From a bacterium (GTDB taxonomy: Bacteria > Zhuqueibacterota > Zhuqueibacteria > Residuimicrobiales > Krinioviventaceae), in NCBI GenBank assembly GCA_963693055.1, contig OY843751.1, positions 288,001 to 352,000 of the forward strand: a stretch of DNA of 64,000 nt, given 5' to 3'. Below the pieces are notes generated by a model. That model worked only from the letters and a program-made list of their open reading frames with translations. It was not told the origin of the DNA and did not search any database. Position 1 is the first letter of the stretch. Every line of letters starts with the position of its first letter. Positions 39,973 to 50,388 of the stretch are shown here, one piece after another. The translations under genes and the position numbers were made by a program.

Positions 39973-41532
39973 ATGGAAATGAAGTATCTGCACATTTTAT
40001 TAATTTTCACACTGGTATTTGCTTTTTCATGCAGTAAAAGCTATGATTTTGAAACGGCCCGCCAATCTTCCGAGATTGCCGGTTACTCGCTCAGCAAGGT
40101 ACATCGCTGGCTGCGCGAGGTGGCGCTGGAACGCATCGATCCAGGCACCGGCCTCTATATAGCCGATGGCAAATGGAACTATCGCGATACCGCCGCGGAC
40201 TGTTATCCCTTTTTGACCTGGGCGGCGTATATTGTGGACCAGGACGCTCTTAACGGTCCGGTGCGGGATATCCTCCATGCGGAACAAAAGCTGTGTAACG
40301 AGCTGGACCGTATACCTGTTCCCTATGATTATGAGAAAAAAACGAAAATTGAATTAGATTATGACGAGATGATGTTCCAGGCCTCGGAATATGTCAAAGA
40401 CGGACTGATTGCTATTGTAGAGATCACCGGCAAGGACGAGTGGTTTGATCGTATGCGCGACATTGAGGATGATATTTGGAAATACGCCAAATACGATACC
40501 GATTATGGCAAGATTCCTTCAAAAAACATTGAAGTCAATGGAGAGCAGATTCAGGCGCTGGCAAGACTCTATACCATGACCGGTGAGGAAAAGTATTTGG
40601 AATGGGCAGAGCGGCTGGCAGACTATTATCTGCTGCCCGGCGATTTTGTACCCAATCGCTTGCGTGACCACGGCTGCGAGATTATTGGCGGACTCGGATT
40701 GCTGCTGGGCGTGGAATCAGTCCATAATCCGGATAAAGCCCGCGTGTACCAACCATTGATCAAAAAAATGCTGGATACCATTTTGGAAAGCGGCATTAAT
40801 GAAGACGGTATCATGTACAATACCTTTGATCAAAAAGACAATGCACACCTGAGCGACGGCTGGGGATACAATTATATAGGCTATTTGTGTTATGACATGG
40901 TGGCCAAACAACCGGTGTATCGCGCGCATATGGAACAGACATTGAAAAATCTGGCCAAACCTTTTTATACCAATTATCCCTGGGAAGGGGAGAGCATAGA
41001 CGGATTTGCAGACTCTATTGAGGGTGCCATTTACATGCTCAACCGGCTTCCGGTGCCAGAGGGATTTGCCTGGGTAGACCAGGAGATGGCGGCCAATGTG
41101 GTTTATTCAAATGAACCGTTACAAACCGCAAAACTCTGGGGTACCATGAAATTGCAATCCAATGGTGTGCGAACCACCCTGATGCATGCGCTTATGCATA
41201 CCCGCGGCGTTATTGCACGTCCCTGGCGGCAGGGCCTGAAACTCGGTGCCAGTGAAACCGAGGACGGCCTGGCCATTGTTGTAAAAGCGGAAAAGGACTG
41301 GTCCGGCACGTTGGTTTTTGATATCCCCCGTTACCGTGAGTATATGGATTTTGTATACGACTGGCCTCGCATGAACACCCTGCCCGAGTGGTTCACGGTA
41401 GAATCTGACACGGACTATGTGGTTAAAGACGTCTCGAATAAATCCAAAACAACCACTACCGGCAAGGCATTGCGTGAGGGGCTGCCTGTTAAACTCTCCG
41501 CCGGTGAAGAAAAACTACTGCTGGTAAAGTAA
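39973..41532 (+). CDS. Lipoprotein, putative (alpha/alpha)6 six-hairpin glycosidase-like
   Basis: AFSC lipobox; helical repeats such as LARLYTMTGEEKYLEWAERLADYY; GGGAGGAG RBS. Confidence 0.6.
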   Translation: MEMKYLHILLIFTLVFAFSCSKSYDFETARQSSEIAGYSLSKVHRWLREVALERIDPGTGLYIADGKWNYRDTAADCYPFLTWAAYIVDQDALNGPVRDILHAEQKLCNELDRIPVPYDYEKKTKIELDYDEMMFQASEYVKDGLIAIVEITGKDEWFDRMRDIEDDIWKYAKYDTDYGKIPSKNIEVNGEQIQALARLYTMTGEEKYLEWAERLADYYLLPGDFVPNRLRDHGCEIIGGLGLLLGVESVHNPDKARVYQPLIKKMLDTILESGINEDGIMYNTFDQKDNAHLSDGWGYNYIGYLCYDMVAKQPVYRAHMEQTLKNLAKPFYTNYPWEGESIDGFADSIEGAIYMLNRLPVPEGFAWVDQEMAANVVYSNEPLQTAKLWGTMKLQSNGVRTTLMHALMHTRGVIARPWRQGLKLGASETEDGLAIVVKAEKDWSGTLVFDIPRYREYMDFVYDWPRMNTLPEWFTVESDTDYVVKDVSNKSKTTTTGKALREGLPVKLSAGEEKLLLVK

Positions 41533-41549
41533 TAGATTTTGGGAACTCC

Positions 41550-41581
41550 CCCCACCCGGAGCTCCAGACCTCCGGGTGGGG
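41550..41581. repeat. CACCCGGAGGTC-family palindrome, copy 1
   Basis: CCCCACCCGGAG-ctccagac-CTCCGGGTGGGG. Confidence 0.8.
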
Positions 41582-41816
41582 AAAAATGTATTGTTAAGAC
41601 CGGATAAAAAGCTTGAAATAATGCTAATGAAATATAAAGAGAACCATGAGCTGGGAGATGATTTAATCTGGGATTATACCATAATAACAATTATTTTGTT
41701 TATTATTTCTCTTTCTACGCTAAAAAAGTACGGGATTTAAAATTTGGGTATTACGTTAAAAGTATACGGGTGACAAATAAAAGGTAGCCCTATAAGGATT
41801 CGAGGGGGTTAAGGTC

Positions 41817-42284
41817 ATGAATATTAATTATAAAAGAGTTTCGAGATATCTTTTAATCATATCACTTTTCATTTTTCTTGTTTATTTTGGTGCAAACGTA
41901 GCGAGTCTTTCCTTAATTGGTAAACCTGTAGTAAAAAAAATTAAGTTATATTCTCAATATTATAATGAAAAGATATATATAAAAAAGAAAAGTTGGGGTA
42001 TAACTGGAAGTGGGCAGGTTATTGTTATATCAAAATCCCCTGATAAAGATTTTCAACCTGATGAAACTCAAGAGTATGTATTTAATGGATTACAACCATT
42101 CTGTTATAAATTTGAAAATGATGCACTTTTTATCTTTGTAAGAAAAAAAACAACAATACCTGTAAAAATGTCAACAAAGATTGAAATAAAACAGATCATT
42201 TTGGATAATACTGAAATGATGACGTTATTTGATGATATTCGTGAAGGAAAAGAAAAGACTATACATAATATAGATTGGGAGTGA
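41817..42284 (+). CDS. AT-rich orphan membrane-anchored protein (possible immunity-type protein)
   Basis: 155 aa; N-terminal TM helix; GAGGGGG RBS; very AT-rich. Confidence 0.65.
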   Translation: MNINYKRVSRYLLIISLFIFLVYFGANVASLSLIGKPVVKKIKLYSQYYNEKIYIKKKSWGITGSGQVIVISKSPDKDFQPDETQEYVFNGLQPFCYKFENDALFIFVRKKTTIPVKMSTKIEIKQIILDNTEMMTLFDDIREGKEKTIHNIDWE

Positions 42285-42303
42285 TTATTGGCCCGAGAGT
42301 ACC

Positions 42304-42337
42304 CACCTCCCGGAGGTCCCAGGACCTCCGGGAGGTG
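42304..42337. repeat. CACCCGGAGGTC-family palindrome, copy 2
   Basis: CACCTCCCGGAGGTCC-ca-GGACCTCCGGGAGGTG, perfect 16-bp stem. Confidence 0.85.
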
Positions 42338-42410
42338 AAATTTACTGTTCAATAAATAAAATCAAACTTTAATTAGAGTGTTTGTTATTCAAGTTTTGGA
42401 GTAGTTTCAA

Positions 42411-42731
42411 ATGAAACCACCTATTTTTGTATATGAACCTTTTGACCTTATGATTTTTGAAACAAAAGAGCTGGCTGAAAAGTATCTTGAAGCAGATATT
42501 GTTAAAGATTATGATTATTATGCCTGGGATAGTAATGGTACTACATTGGATTTTATATTTGATGGAAATCGAGTCGAGATCATTCAATTTGAAAACTCTA
42601 AAATAGAACGAAATAAACTAAAAGAGATAATCATTCAAACGTTTATAAATATTGGTATTGATCCCCAATGGTGTGAAAATGCTACATGGGAAGAATTAAT
42701 ACAAAAGAGTCTTGATTATACGATCGAATGA
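42411..42731 (+). CDS. Small acidic orphan protein (possible polymorphic-toxin immunity protein)
   Basis: 106 aa; PPIFV...IFET...AEKYLE...YYAWDSNG; GGAG RBS. The immunity assignment is an inference. Confidence 0.6.
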   Translation: MKPPIFVYEPFDLMIFETKELAEKYLEADIVKDYDYYAWDSNGTTLDFIFDGNRVEIIQFENSKIERNKLKEIIIQTFINIGIDPQWCENATWEELIQKSLDYTIE

Positions 42732-42855
42732 TTTAATATAATCTCAAAAAATATAACAATCAGCAACAGTAATGTCAGATCAGTAACAATTTGTCTGGAT
42801 TTGTCTTGAACAGAATTTTTAAATTCAAGGTGAATTACCTGCAAATCCACCTCTC

Positions 42856-43085
42856 AGAGACTGTTGGGAAATGTCATAAATTTTAAAAATCATCAATTCT
42901 CCGTCCCATCCGTCAGCTGACGGATGGGACGGAACTGTGGCTCGAAGCTCTGCTTCGCAAAAATTTTAAAATTAACAATTCGTGTTTTGCTTGACTCTCT
43001 CCAAGTACAGCTTGGAGCCAATTCTCCTTACCAAATAAAATTTGGTAAGGAGAGTGTTTTTTAACAGGCACCCGGAGGTCAGGAC
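42856..43085. mobile_element. Putative degenerate MITE carrying internal palindromes, abutting a half copy of the CACCCGGAGGTC element
   Basis: Imperfect TIR-like ends AGAGACTGTTGGGAAA and TTTTTTAACAGGCAC; internal 34-bp perfect palindrome at 42900-42933; hairpin CTCCTTACCAAAT/ATTTGGTAAGGAG. Confidence 0.4.
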
Positions 43086-43604
43086 TTTAATTGAATTATT
43101 GAAAAAATTTTATGTGATTTTATTGATTCTTCTTGCAATAAAATTTCTTTTTCGTATATTAAATTAATTCCAATTCAAAATATTGCCTATGTTTGGGGAC
43201 ATGTTTTCCGGGGAATATTAAAGCAATTACACAATATGTAGGGTATTGTTATTAGGGTGAAAAGGGTAGTTTTTGTAGTATTATTCTCGTTATTTGCGTT
43301 TGTTTCAGTTTTGTGGGGAAAGGGAAACAATTCAATTGCTGTTACTGATACTTTTTGTCAACAGGTGTCTGTATATTATGCATGGATTTGTAATTCCATC
43401 TTATTTACATTTCTTTTCAACATAATAATTAATCAACAAATAATAGTCAACGGATGTAAATATTTTCATACCACTTTGCTGGGAATGCAAATTGAAGGGA
43501 CCAGTATGATAGGTATGTTCACTACAATTCAAGCCGTTAGCATTGAATGTTCAACACTCATAATAAATAATTAATAAACTGTAATGTTATTAAGGGAGGT
43601 AAGT

Positions 43605-44696
43605 ATGAAAAAGGCAACATTGATCCTTGCAACATTAGCACTATTAATTTCTCTATCCTGTACTCAGGAAAGTCCTGTTGATGTTTCAAAGTCTATCGAG
43701 TTAAACTCGATTAAATCGACAAGTGAAAATGTTACAGTAATCTTTGGCCCTCAAGTTTATACACGTGAAAGGGGAAAGCCTAAGACTGAGGAGATAATGA
43801 TAGAATCTCCTGGTTCTCCAAACAACTATTTTTTGATTATAGAAAATGGTGGAGATGAAAAGAACAGTCAGGTTACCAGTTGTTTTGTGGTATTGGATGA
43901 TGATACGTTGATTTGTCCAATCGATATTACCAAAGATACAGATTTGATAGAAAAAGAAATAGAATTAACAGGAGAAAATTTGCTTTCTATTCGATTAGAT
44001 GGCAAGCCGGGAAGTTATATAACAGTCTCTATTATTATGGAAGAACCTCCCTGCCCGTGTTGTACAGTAACTGACATTGATGGAAATACGTACAATGCTG
44101 TTCAAATCGGTACTCAGTGTTGGATGGTCGAAAATTTAAAGGTTACACATTATCGTAATGGAGATTCAATACCCAACTTGGTCTCTAATTCTGATTGGAT
44201 TAGTACAAGTAATGGTGCTTATTGTATTTATGAAAACAATATTGATAATATCGCTATTTATGGTTTGTTATATAACTGGTATGTGGTCACTGACAATCGT
44301 GAAATTGCTCCTGAGGGATGGCATATTCCTACAGATGATGATTGGAAACAATTGGAAATGTTTCTTGGGATGAGTCAAAACGAAGCTGACGCAACAGGCT
44401 ATAGAGGGACAGATGTTGGTGGGAAATTAAAAGAAACGGGTACAGAATTTTGGACAAGTCCAAATAAAGGTGCTACAAATGAAAGTGGATTTACATCACT
44501 GGGTTCAGCATCTCGCAATTATACAGATGGTGAGTTTAGTACACTTTATAATAATGCATTGTATTGGACAAGTTCTGAATCAGCAAGTGATACTGCTTGG
44601 TATCGCAGGTTGAGTTATCTGTTTAGTACAGTATATCGGGAAGATTATGCTCACAAAAAATATGGATTTTCCATTCGTTGTGTAAAAGACAATTAA
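43605..44696 (+). CDS. Lipoprotein with Fibrobacter succinogenes major paralogous (FISUMP) domain
   Basis: SLSC lipobox; DIDGNTY...IGTQCWMVENL, YGLLYNW, PEGWHIP, NESGF, GFSIRCVKD. Confidence 0.92.
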   Translation: MKKATLILATLALLISLSCTQESPVDVSKSIELNSIKSTSENVTVIFGPQVYTRERGKPKTEEIMIESPGSPNNYFLIIENGGDEKNSQVTSCFVVLDDDTLICPIDITKDTDLIEKEIELTGENLLSIRLDGKPGSYITVSIIMEEPPCPCCTVTDIDGNTYNAVQIGTQCWMVENLKVTHYRNGDSIPNLVSNSDWISTSNGAYCIYENNIDNIAIYGLLYNWYVVTDNREIAPEGWHIPTDDDWKQLEMFLGMSQNEADATGYRGTDVGGKLKETGTEFWTSPNKGATNESGFTSLGSASRNYTDGEFSTLYNNALYWTSSESASDTAWYRRLSYLFSTVYREDYAHKKYGFSIRCVKDN

Positions 44697-44708
44697 TTTG
44701 AGTAAATA

Positions 44709-44746
44709 TTTCCCCACCCGGAGGTCAGGACCTCCGGGTGGGGAAA
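44709..44746. repeat. CACCCGGAGGTC-family palindrome, copy 4
   Basis: TTTCCCCACCCGGAGGTC-ag-GACCTCCGGGTGGGGAAA, 18-bp stem starting 13 nt after the FISUMP stop. Confidence 0.85.
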
Positions 44747-45051
44747 AAGTAGCAAACCAGGGGGATAGTATTCCTATTGTACATATTATCCAATGAAATT
44801 GATAACAATCATTACGAATGATGAATATAAAATACTATTGGTTTGTTAAATTAAATAGACTGCTATATAAAACGCTAGAATCCTCTTGTAATCCTCGTGG
44901 TTTAGTAAACACTCTATCCTCATGCAACCAGGAATGCTATTCCTTTCAGTCTTAATAAGAAAAATTTTAATGTAACATATATTTGATTATTCATAAAAAT
45001 TTTAAGGGATAGCAAAATGAATGGTCTGTTAAAGCGTTACAGAGATAAATC

Positions 45052-45456
45052 CCTGATGGATTTACCGTTGGAGATAAGTTGAGGTTTTGCGTATGGTCCA
45101 AATCTGACAATCAGGAGTTTATAGCCAATGTTGTTTTTGAGGAAGGCTCACCAAACGTATACATGGTGAATGGACTTTCCATTGTTGATGAAATGATAAC
45201 CCGGATTGATACAGATATTACATCTAATCTGAGAAAAGAGTTGCCTGAAAAGTTTGCATTGTTGCCGAATTATCCAAATCCCTTTAATCCTGAAACCTAT
45301 ATTATATTTGATTTACCCAAAGCATGTCATGTGAAAATATCAGTGTATAATATTGCCGGCCAGTTAATGGAGGAGTTGGCTGAAGAATTGATGATAACTG
45401 GCCGACACAGGATTGTATGGAATGCTTCGCAATACTCTACCGGAAATATTTCCTAA
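45052..45456 (+). pseudogene. Remnant of a FlgD-Ig/T9SS-like CTD protein
   Basis: PDGFTVGDKLRFCVW...LLPNYPNPFNPET...WNASQYSTGNIS*; no signal peptide or start, and the terminal G-x-Y...K-M-x-L-x-K strands are missing. Confidence 0.65.
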
Positions 45457-45468
45457 ACGTAAATAAAT

Positions 45469-45497
45469 AAAAGCCCCTGTCATTATCAGGGGCTTTT
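45469..45497. terminator. Bidirectional intrinsic terminator
   Basis: AAAAGCCCCTG-7 nt-CAGGGGCTTTT between convergent genes. Confidence 0.8.
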
Positions 45498-45611
45498 GAA
45501 ACACTAGTCTGTAAAATACAGACCCGGCTATTGTGTGTCTCAAATATATATGCTTGGCAAATTGTTACTATTTGTTTGAGATTTTTACCGGTCTAATGAG
45601 TTTAGGCAAAG

Positions 45612-48600
45612 TTAATCCAACAGCTCAGAGAGCAATTCTGCTATATCTCTGCGGATGTTTATAATTTCCTTCCATTTTGCATCATCATCGTATCCATCAA
45701 TAATAATATTATTTTTATGTTTTTTATAAAAATCCGCAATGACCGCAGCTTTATCAATATATACGTGACGGGCTTTTTCAATCAACTCTTTGGGAGCATT
45801 TTTTTGTTCTGCGGACTCTGTTGCCATTCTGAGCGCATATAATAGTGAATAATCTTCTACACCATCACGAACAGCTTCCCAGCGTTTACTGGTAACAACG
45901 CCTTTGCCATCATAAACCATATCGTATTCAAAACCTGCTTCCGGTTGAAACCAGGTCTTGGGTGTGGAAAAATAGGTCCAAAATCCAATACCGGTATGTC
46001 CAAATTTCCAACACATCCAGGCTTGTCCGCGATAATAATTCAACGGGGATAATTTTTTACCATTGTCTGAACAATTATAATTCCAGAATTGTTTGTTGGT
46101 AGAGTGAATAAAATCCAATTGTTCTTTTGGGAACGTCATTGTTGATAAAGGTGCCCAGATATCAACATATGGAGCAATTTCTTTGATTTGTTCCATGGTA
46201 ATATGCTGAACAGGATTGGCATAAATCAGGATGTTTTTGTCAATACTACGGACCAGTTTTGCCCATTTTAAAAAGTTGGCAACATTTTTACCATGCTCAA
46301 GTCCCGGTTCGTCCTGGGGATAAAAGACAATTTTATCATAACCATAACCCAAGCCTTTTAAATGTTCAATCCATTGGGGAATAAAGCTTTTATACGCTTT
46401 TAGCCATGGATCAGAAAAAGCAGGGGATGGACCATTCAGTTTTACAAAGCTGTGAAAAAGAGTTATACCATGTGGCGCATGTTTGGCCATGAATTTATCA
46501 TGTTCAGTATAATCAATATTTGTAATTTCTCCCGACTCGTCAAATGTTGCTGTTGCAGGAACCGTTCGTGGAAAAAGGTCAACACCATGTGCCAGCTGGT
46601 CTTCAAAAGTGCCTTTCGGGTACTCGGTTCTACTCCAGTTACACAAATGCAAAGGTTTTTCTTTGGGCAGGGGAGCATCCCAAATTTTGATGTTCAATTC
46701 AACTGTGGTTTCAACAAATTGAACGTCAAGGCTTTTCAGATGTATTTTAGCTTTCCAGGTACCGGGTGTGAGTTTTGCTGTATTGACGGTGATCCAAAGC
46801 TGTCTTGCATCCCAGGCGGGAACCACAAGCAGGTTACCCGTGTTCAACTCGGGAAGCGGGTCAGCAGAAAGGTCAGAATCCTGTGTGGGTACGCTAACAA
46901 CTTCCCGCAATGTAAATACATCGTCAGTTGAAACGGCATCTGATCCTGCAGGCGCAGAAAATTCATCAAACATGACACGAAGTGTACGCGCGCTACCGCT
47001 GAAATTAAACAAATTTACTGCGGCTGATTCAAATTCTCCCTGGAACGCTTCAACAGACAGGGGTGATTTTGCTGTTTGGCCTTTAGCAAGTTCATCCATT
47101 CCAACAAAGGGTGTCCATGGATTAGCTGTATAGGCACCCAGAATTTCATTTTTTTCGGCAACAAGATTTATTATTGTTAACTGATTTTCAAATTCTCTAG
47201 TCCAGTCAGATAAATTATCTCTCAATTCACGTCTTTTGATTGGTTCCAGCTTGGAAACATTTTTGACCAATTTTTTAGATTTTTCAATAGCCGCACTCAA
47301 GTAATATACGCGTTCTGTTATTCCCCGGCTATCAGGCAATTTGGGTAATAGTTGATTTATTTCATCCTCTATTTTTAAAAGATGTGATAAATCATCTGCA
47401 AATTTTTGTTTTTCAGTATCTGTCATTTTTACAGGACGAGCTTTTTTACTGTTTTTACGTGTATTCTGGCAAAATTCTCCTGCGGATCTGGATGCCCATG
47501 CACGATATTCCGCCCAAAGTACCTGAGGATCACTAATAACCGGCTCCCATCGATACGCTACAAGATTACCATTAATTACCGGAACCACAATACATAATCC
47601 GCCGTCTCCCCAAAGGTCTGCAACCACAGCAGCGGCATTTGTACCACCTTTTAATAAAAGCTCATTTTCCGGTTCACCGGAGCAACTATAGATATTCATT
47701 TTACTGCCATAGCCGGCAACAATGACTTCAATACTTCCATCACCGTCAATGTCTGCAATTGCCGGTGAGCGCCGGGCCCGACGTTCCAGTTTATCTGACC
47801 ATTTTAATTTACCATCTTGGGTTACGCATATAAAGTTTCCGGATAAATCACCCGCGTAAATTTCGATATCTCCGTCTTTGTCGGCATCAGCAACAGATAT
47901 TGAACTGTCTATTCTGTTTTTCATAGGATATGACCATAAAAGCTTGCCTTTGTTATTTACAGCAGCAAGATTATATCCCATTCCTGTAAGGATTTCTGCC
48001 TTCTTGTCTCCGTCAATGTCCCATATAACGGGTGCTGATACTTCGCTTTTTCGGCCAGAATTGAGGATATCTCCTTCAGGTTTAAATCGCCATATTACGT
48101 TTCCCTTATAGTCAAGGCAGATTAGGGGGGTATCTTCTGAAGCAATAATAATCTCGGCCTTTCCATCACTATCGATATCGCCAACTGCGGGAGCAGCTCC
48201 AATACCTTCCGATTCAACATACTTCCAAATTACTTGACCGTTGCCGTCAAGACATAAAAGTGTTCCTTTTTCGTCAGCGGTTATGATTTCTATTTTACCA
48301 TCCTGATCCAGATCTGACGCGACCACAGTCATGCATGCCCATTTAATTGTACTAAGCATATTGTTTTCCCAAACCAGTTCACCGGTCAGGCTGTTCAGGC
48401 AGCAGAGTCTGCCTTCATGGGTTAATACCAGCACTTCCAGGCCTGTATCACCCGTAACGTCCACTAGGGTAGGTGCAATGGTGATTCTTTTACCCATAAC
48501 GGTTTTCCAGATTTCGCGTCCATAGCCGTCAAGAGCTATTACATCTCCGGTCAAGCTTGCTACGACTATATCCAAATTACCATCACGGTCAACATCTCCA

Positions 48601-48743
48601 ATAGCCGCAGACGCATCAAAATTAATATCTGGTGATTTATATGTCCATATACAATCAACATTACCGGCAAATATTTTTATAGTAAAAAGGAATGAAACCA
48701 GAAATAGCATTATAATCGTTTTGAGGATTTTTCGGTTCATCAT
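45612..48743 (-). CDS. Secreted FG-GAP/PQQ-like beta-propeller fused to a DUF4091/GH123-like glycoside hydrolase
   Basis: Repeated D-x-D-x-DG-x-x-EI propeller motifs; FQGEFES; PQDEP; GIGFW; SKRWEAVRDGVEDY. Confidence 0.75.
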   Translation of the reverse strand: MMNRKILKTIIMLFLVSFLFTIKIFAGNVDCIWTYKSPDINFDASAAIGDVDRDGNLDIVVASLTGDVIALDGYGREIWKTVMGKRITIAPTLVDVTGDTGLEVLVLTHEGRLCCLNSLTGELVWENNMLSTIKWACMTVVASDLDQDGKIEIITADEKGTLLCLDGNGQVIWKYVESEGIGAAPAVGDIDSDGKAEIIIASEDTPLICLDYKGNVIWRFKPEGDILNSGRKSEVSAPVIWDIDGDKKAEILTGMGYNLAAVNNKGKLLWSYPMKNRIDSSISVADADKDGDIEIYAGDLSGNFICVTQDGKLKWSDKLERRARRSPAIADIDGDGSIEVIVAGYGSKMNIYSCSGEPENELLLKGGTNAAAVVADLWGDGGLCIVVPVINGNLVAYRWEPVISDPQVLWAEYRAWASRSAGEFCQNTRKNSKKARPVKMTDTEKQKFADDLSHLLKIEDEINQLLPKLPDSRGITERVYYLSAAIEKSKKLVKNVSKLEPIKRRELRDNLSDWTREFENQLTIINLVAEKNEILGAYTANPWTPFVGMDELAKGQTAKSPLSVEAFQGEFESAAVNLFNFSGSARTLRVMFDEFSAPAGSDAVSTDDVFTLREVVSVPTQDSDLSADPLPELNTGNLLVVPAWDARQLWITVNTAKLTPGTWKAKIHLKSLDVQFVETTVELNIKIWDAPLPKEKPLHLCNWSRTEYPKGTFEDQLAHGVDLFPRTVPATATFDESGEITNIDYTEHDKFMAKHAPHGITLFHSFVKLNGPSPAFSDPWLKAYKSFIPQWIEHLKGLGYGYDKIVFYPQDEPGLEHGKNVANFLKWAKLVRSIDKNILIYANPVQHITMEQIKEIAPYVDIWAPLSTMTFPKEQLDFIHSTNKQFWNYNCSDNGKKLSPLNYYRGQAWMCWKFGHTGIGFWTYFSTPKTWFQPEAGFEYDMVYDGKGVVTSKRWEAVRDGVEDYSLLYALRMATESAEQKNAPKELIEKARHVYIDKAAVIADFYKKHKNNIIIDGYDDDAKWKEIINIRRDIAELLSELLD

Positions 48744-48823
48744 GTAGATATGGCTCCTTTGTCTTGAATTATTGTATTTAACAGTTACTTGTTTGTTATA
48801 TAAATACTTTTTGTTATTTATCG

Positions 48824-50116
48824 TTATTGCAATTCATACACATGTACATCAAAAGGTTTATAATCATCCAACAGTATGCCCTCATTAATCGACAGAGAAC
48901 GTCCTTCTTTTAAGACGATTGCATTGTTATACTCTTTTAATCCTGCAAGGCTCACCCGGACGGGTTTTCTATGCGAGTTGACAGTCAGTAAATAGGTTTT
49001 ATTATTGACTTTTTTGGCAAGAATTTCAACACCTGTATCTACCGAATAGCCAATTTCATGATACTCTTTTTTGATATCAAGCTCAAATGAACGGGCTGAC
49101 AGAATGTTTTGCATTTCTGCAAGTTCTTGTGTAAGGTTGTCAAGAGCCTCCATAAAGGGAGAAGGCTCGGGGGTATAATGGGTTCCCCAATAGTTGATAC
49201 CAACCGCTCCGTGAATTATAGCATTATATGCCATAAAGCGTGATTCTTCAAAGGTTGGATATTGTATCATGGCGGAATTTCGTTCAGGTTCTTTTTTCAA
49301 CATTTCCCAGGCAAAACCCTGTAATACCATAAAAAGCGGTTTGTTCTGATTTGTGACCTGTAGCATTTTATCTACATATTCGCCAACCTGGCTGATATAA
49401 GGATTTAATAAATCTCCTTGCAAACCATCCGGAAATAGGGCATAAGTAGGTGTGATTCCATGTGGAATAACCGGATAAATGTCGCAGGCAACAACATCTG
49501 TTGCATCATTGTATTTTTGCATGGTTGATACCAAATTTGTAGGGGCATGATTTGTATATATCAAATGTTCAGGATCATTTTGTTTGATGAATTGATAGGT
49601 TTCTATCATTAAATCTGCTTCTATTCTAGGTTCAGCAGAATTCCAGGTCCAGGCCGGCTCATCAGCAATTTCCCAGCATAACAGTGCAGGATGTGTTTTA
49701 TATTTATTAACCAATTCTGCAATTCGGTTTTGATCATCTTCACGATGCTCATTACGAATACAACCGGTAGAGAGCCATGTTTTCAGATTATTATCTTTGG
49801 CAGCGTCAAGGGCTTCCTGAGAAGCATTAGCGCGTACATAATTATAACCTTTTTTTGCGATTTTACCATATGGATCGTCGCCTTTGGGAAGATGATAAGA
49901 ACCGATAATAAAGGTACGCTTTCCGTCAATCACAAGCATGCCGTCATCATCCCAATGAAATTTCTTGTCAATCTCTGGTCTGTTTTGTGAACAGCCGGTC
50001 AAAATGATTATACTTGAAAATAATATCATTTTTTTAAGCATTGAAAGAGTTGTCTTTATTAATCCTGTTTTGTTTTGCTGAGCATTTACGAGTATCAAAT
50101 TTTGGAGCAGTTTCAT
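48824..50116 (-). CDS. Putative TIM-barrel glycoside hydrolase-like lipoprotein
   Basis: LTGC lipobox; IDGKRTFIIG; HPALLCWEIADEP (GH-A-like); DIYP; AIIHGAVGI. The start could alternatively be 50041. Confidence 0.65.
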   Translation of the reverse strand: MKLLQNLILVNAQQNKTGLIKTTLSMLKKMILFSSIIILTGCSQNRPEIDKKFHWDDDGMLVIDGKRTFIIGSYHLPKGDDPYGKIAKKGYNYVRANASQEALDAAKDNNLKTWLSTGCIRNEHREDDQNRIAELVNKYKTHPALLCWEIADEPAWTWNSAEPRIEADLMIETYQFIKQNDPEHLIYTNHAPTNLVSTMQKYNDATDVVACDIYPVIPHGITPTYALFPDGLQGDLLNPYISQVGEYVDKMLQVTNQNKPLFMVLQGFAWEMLKKEPERNSAMIQYPTFEESRFMAYNAIIHGAVGINYWGTHYTPEPSPFMEALDNLTQELAEMQNILSARSFELDIKKEYHEIGYSVDTGVEILAKKVNNKTYLLTVNSHRKPVRVSLAGLKEYNNAIVLKEGRSLSINEGILLDDYKPFDVHVYELQ

Positions 50117-50388
50117 AATTTCCCTTTTTTTTTAGATCCACATCGAAAATATGCTGTTAACTATATTAATTTAAAATGTCATATTTTTTTGAATAAAGCT
50201 TTGTTTTAACAGGGCGTTGGTTTTTTATGTTTTACGTATAATCACGCTCTTGTAAGTTAAGCAAATAGTTATCAATATCAACCAGAACTCTAAATTGAAT
50301 TCAAGGTTAAATCAAGACCAGGATTTAAGTGAATCTTTCAATTTGTCCTGATCTTGATATATACCATCCCACAAAACTTGATAATATA

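Noticed and set aside
43257-43574. 105-aa ORF upstream of the FISUMP gene
   Set aside because: GTG start, weak RBS, AT-rich low-information sequence and no motif; probably spurious, though a small membrane protein cannot be excluded.
39196-44746. CRISPR array or integron
   Set aside because: The repeats are irregularly spaced and heterogeneous; no cas genes, integrase or clear attC core sites.
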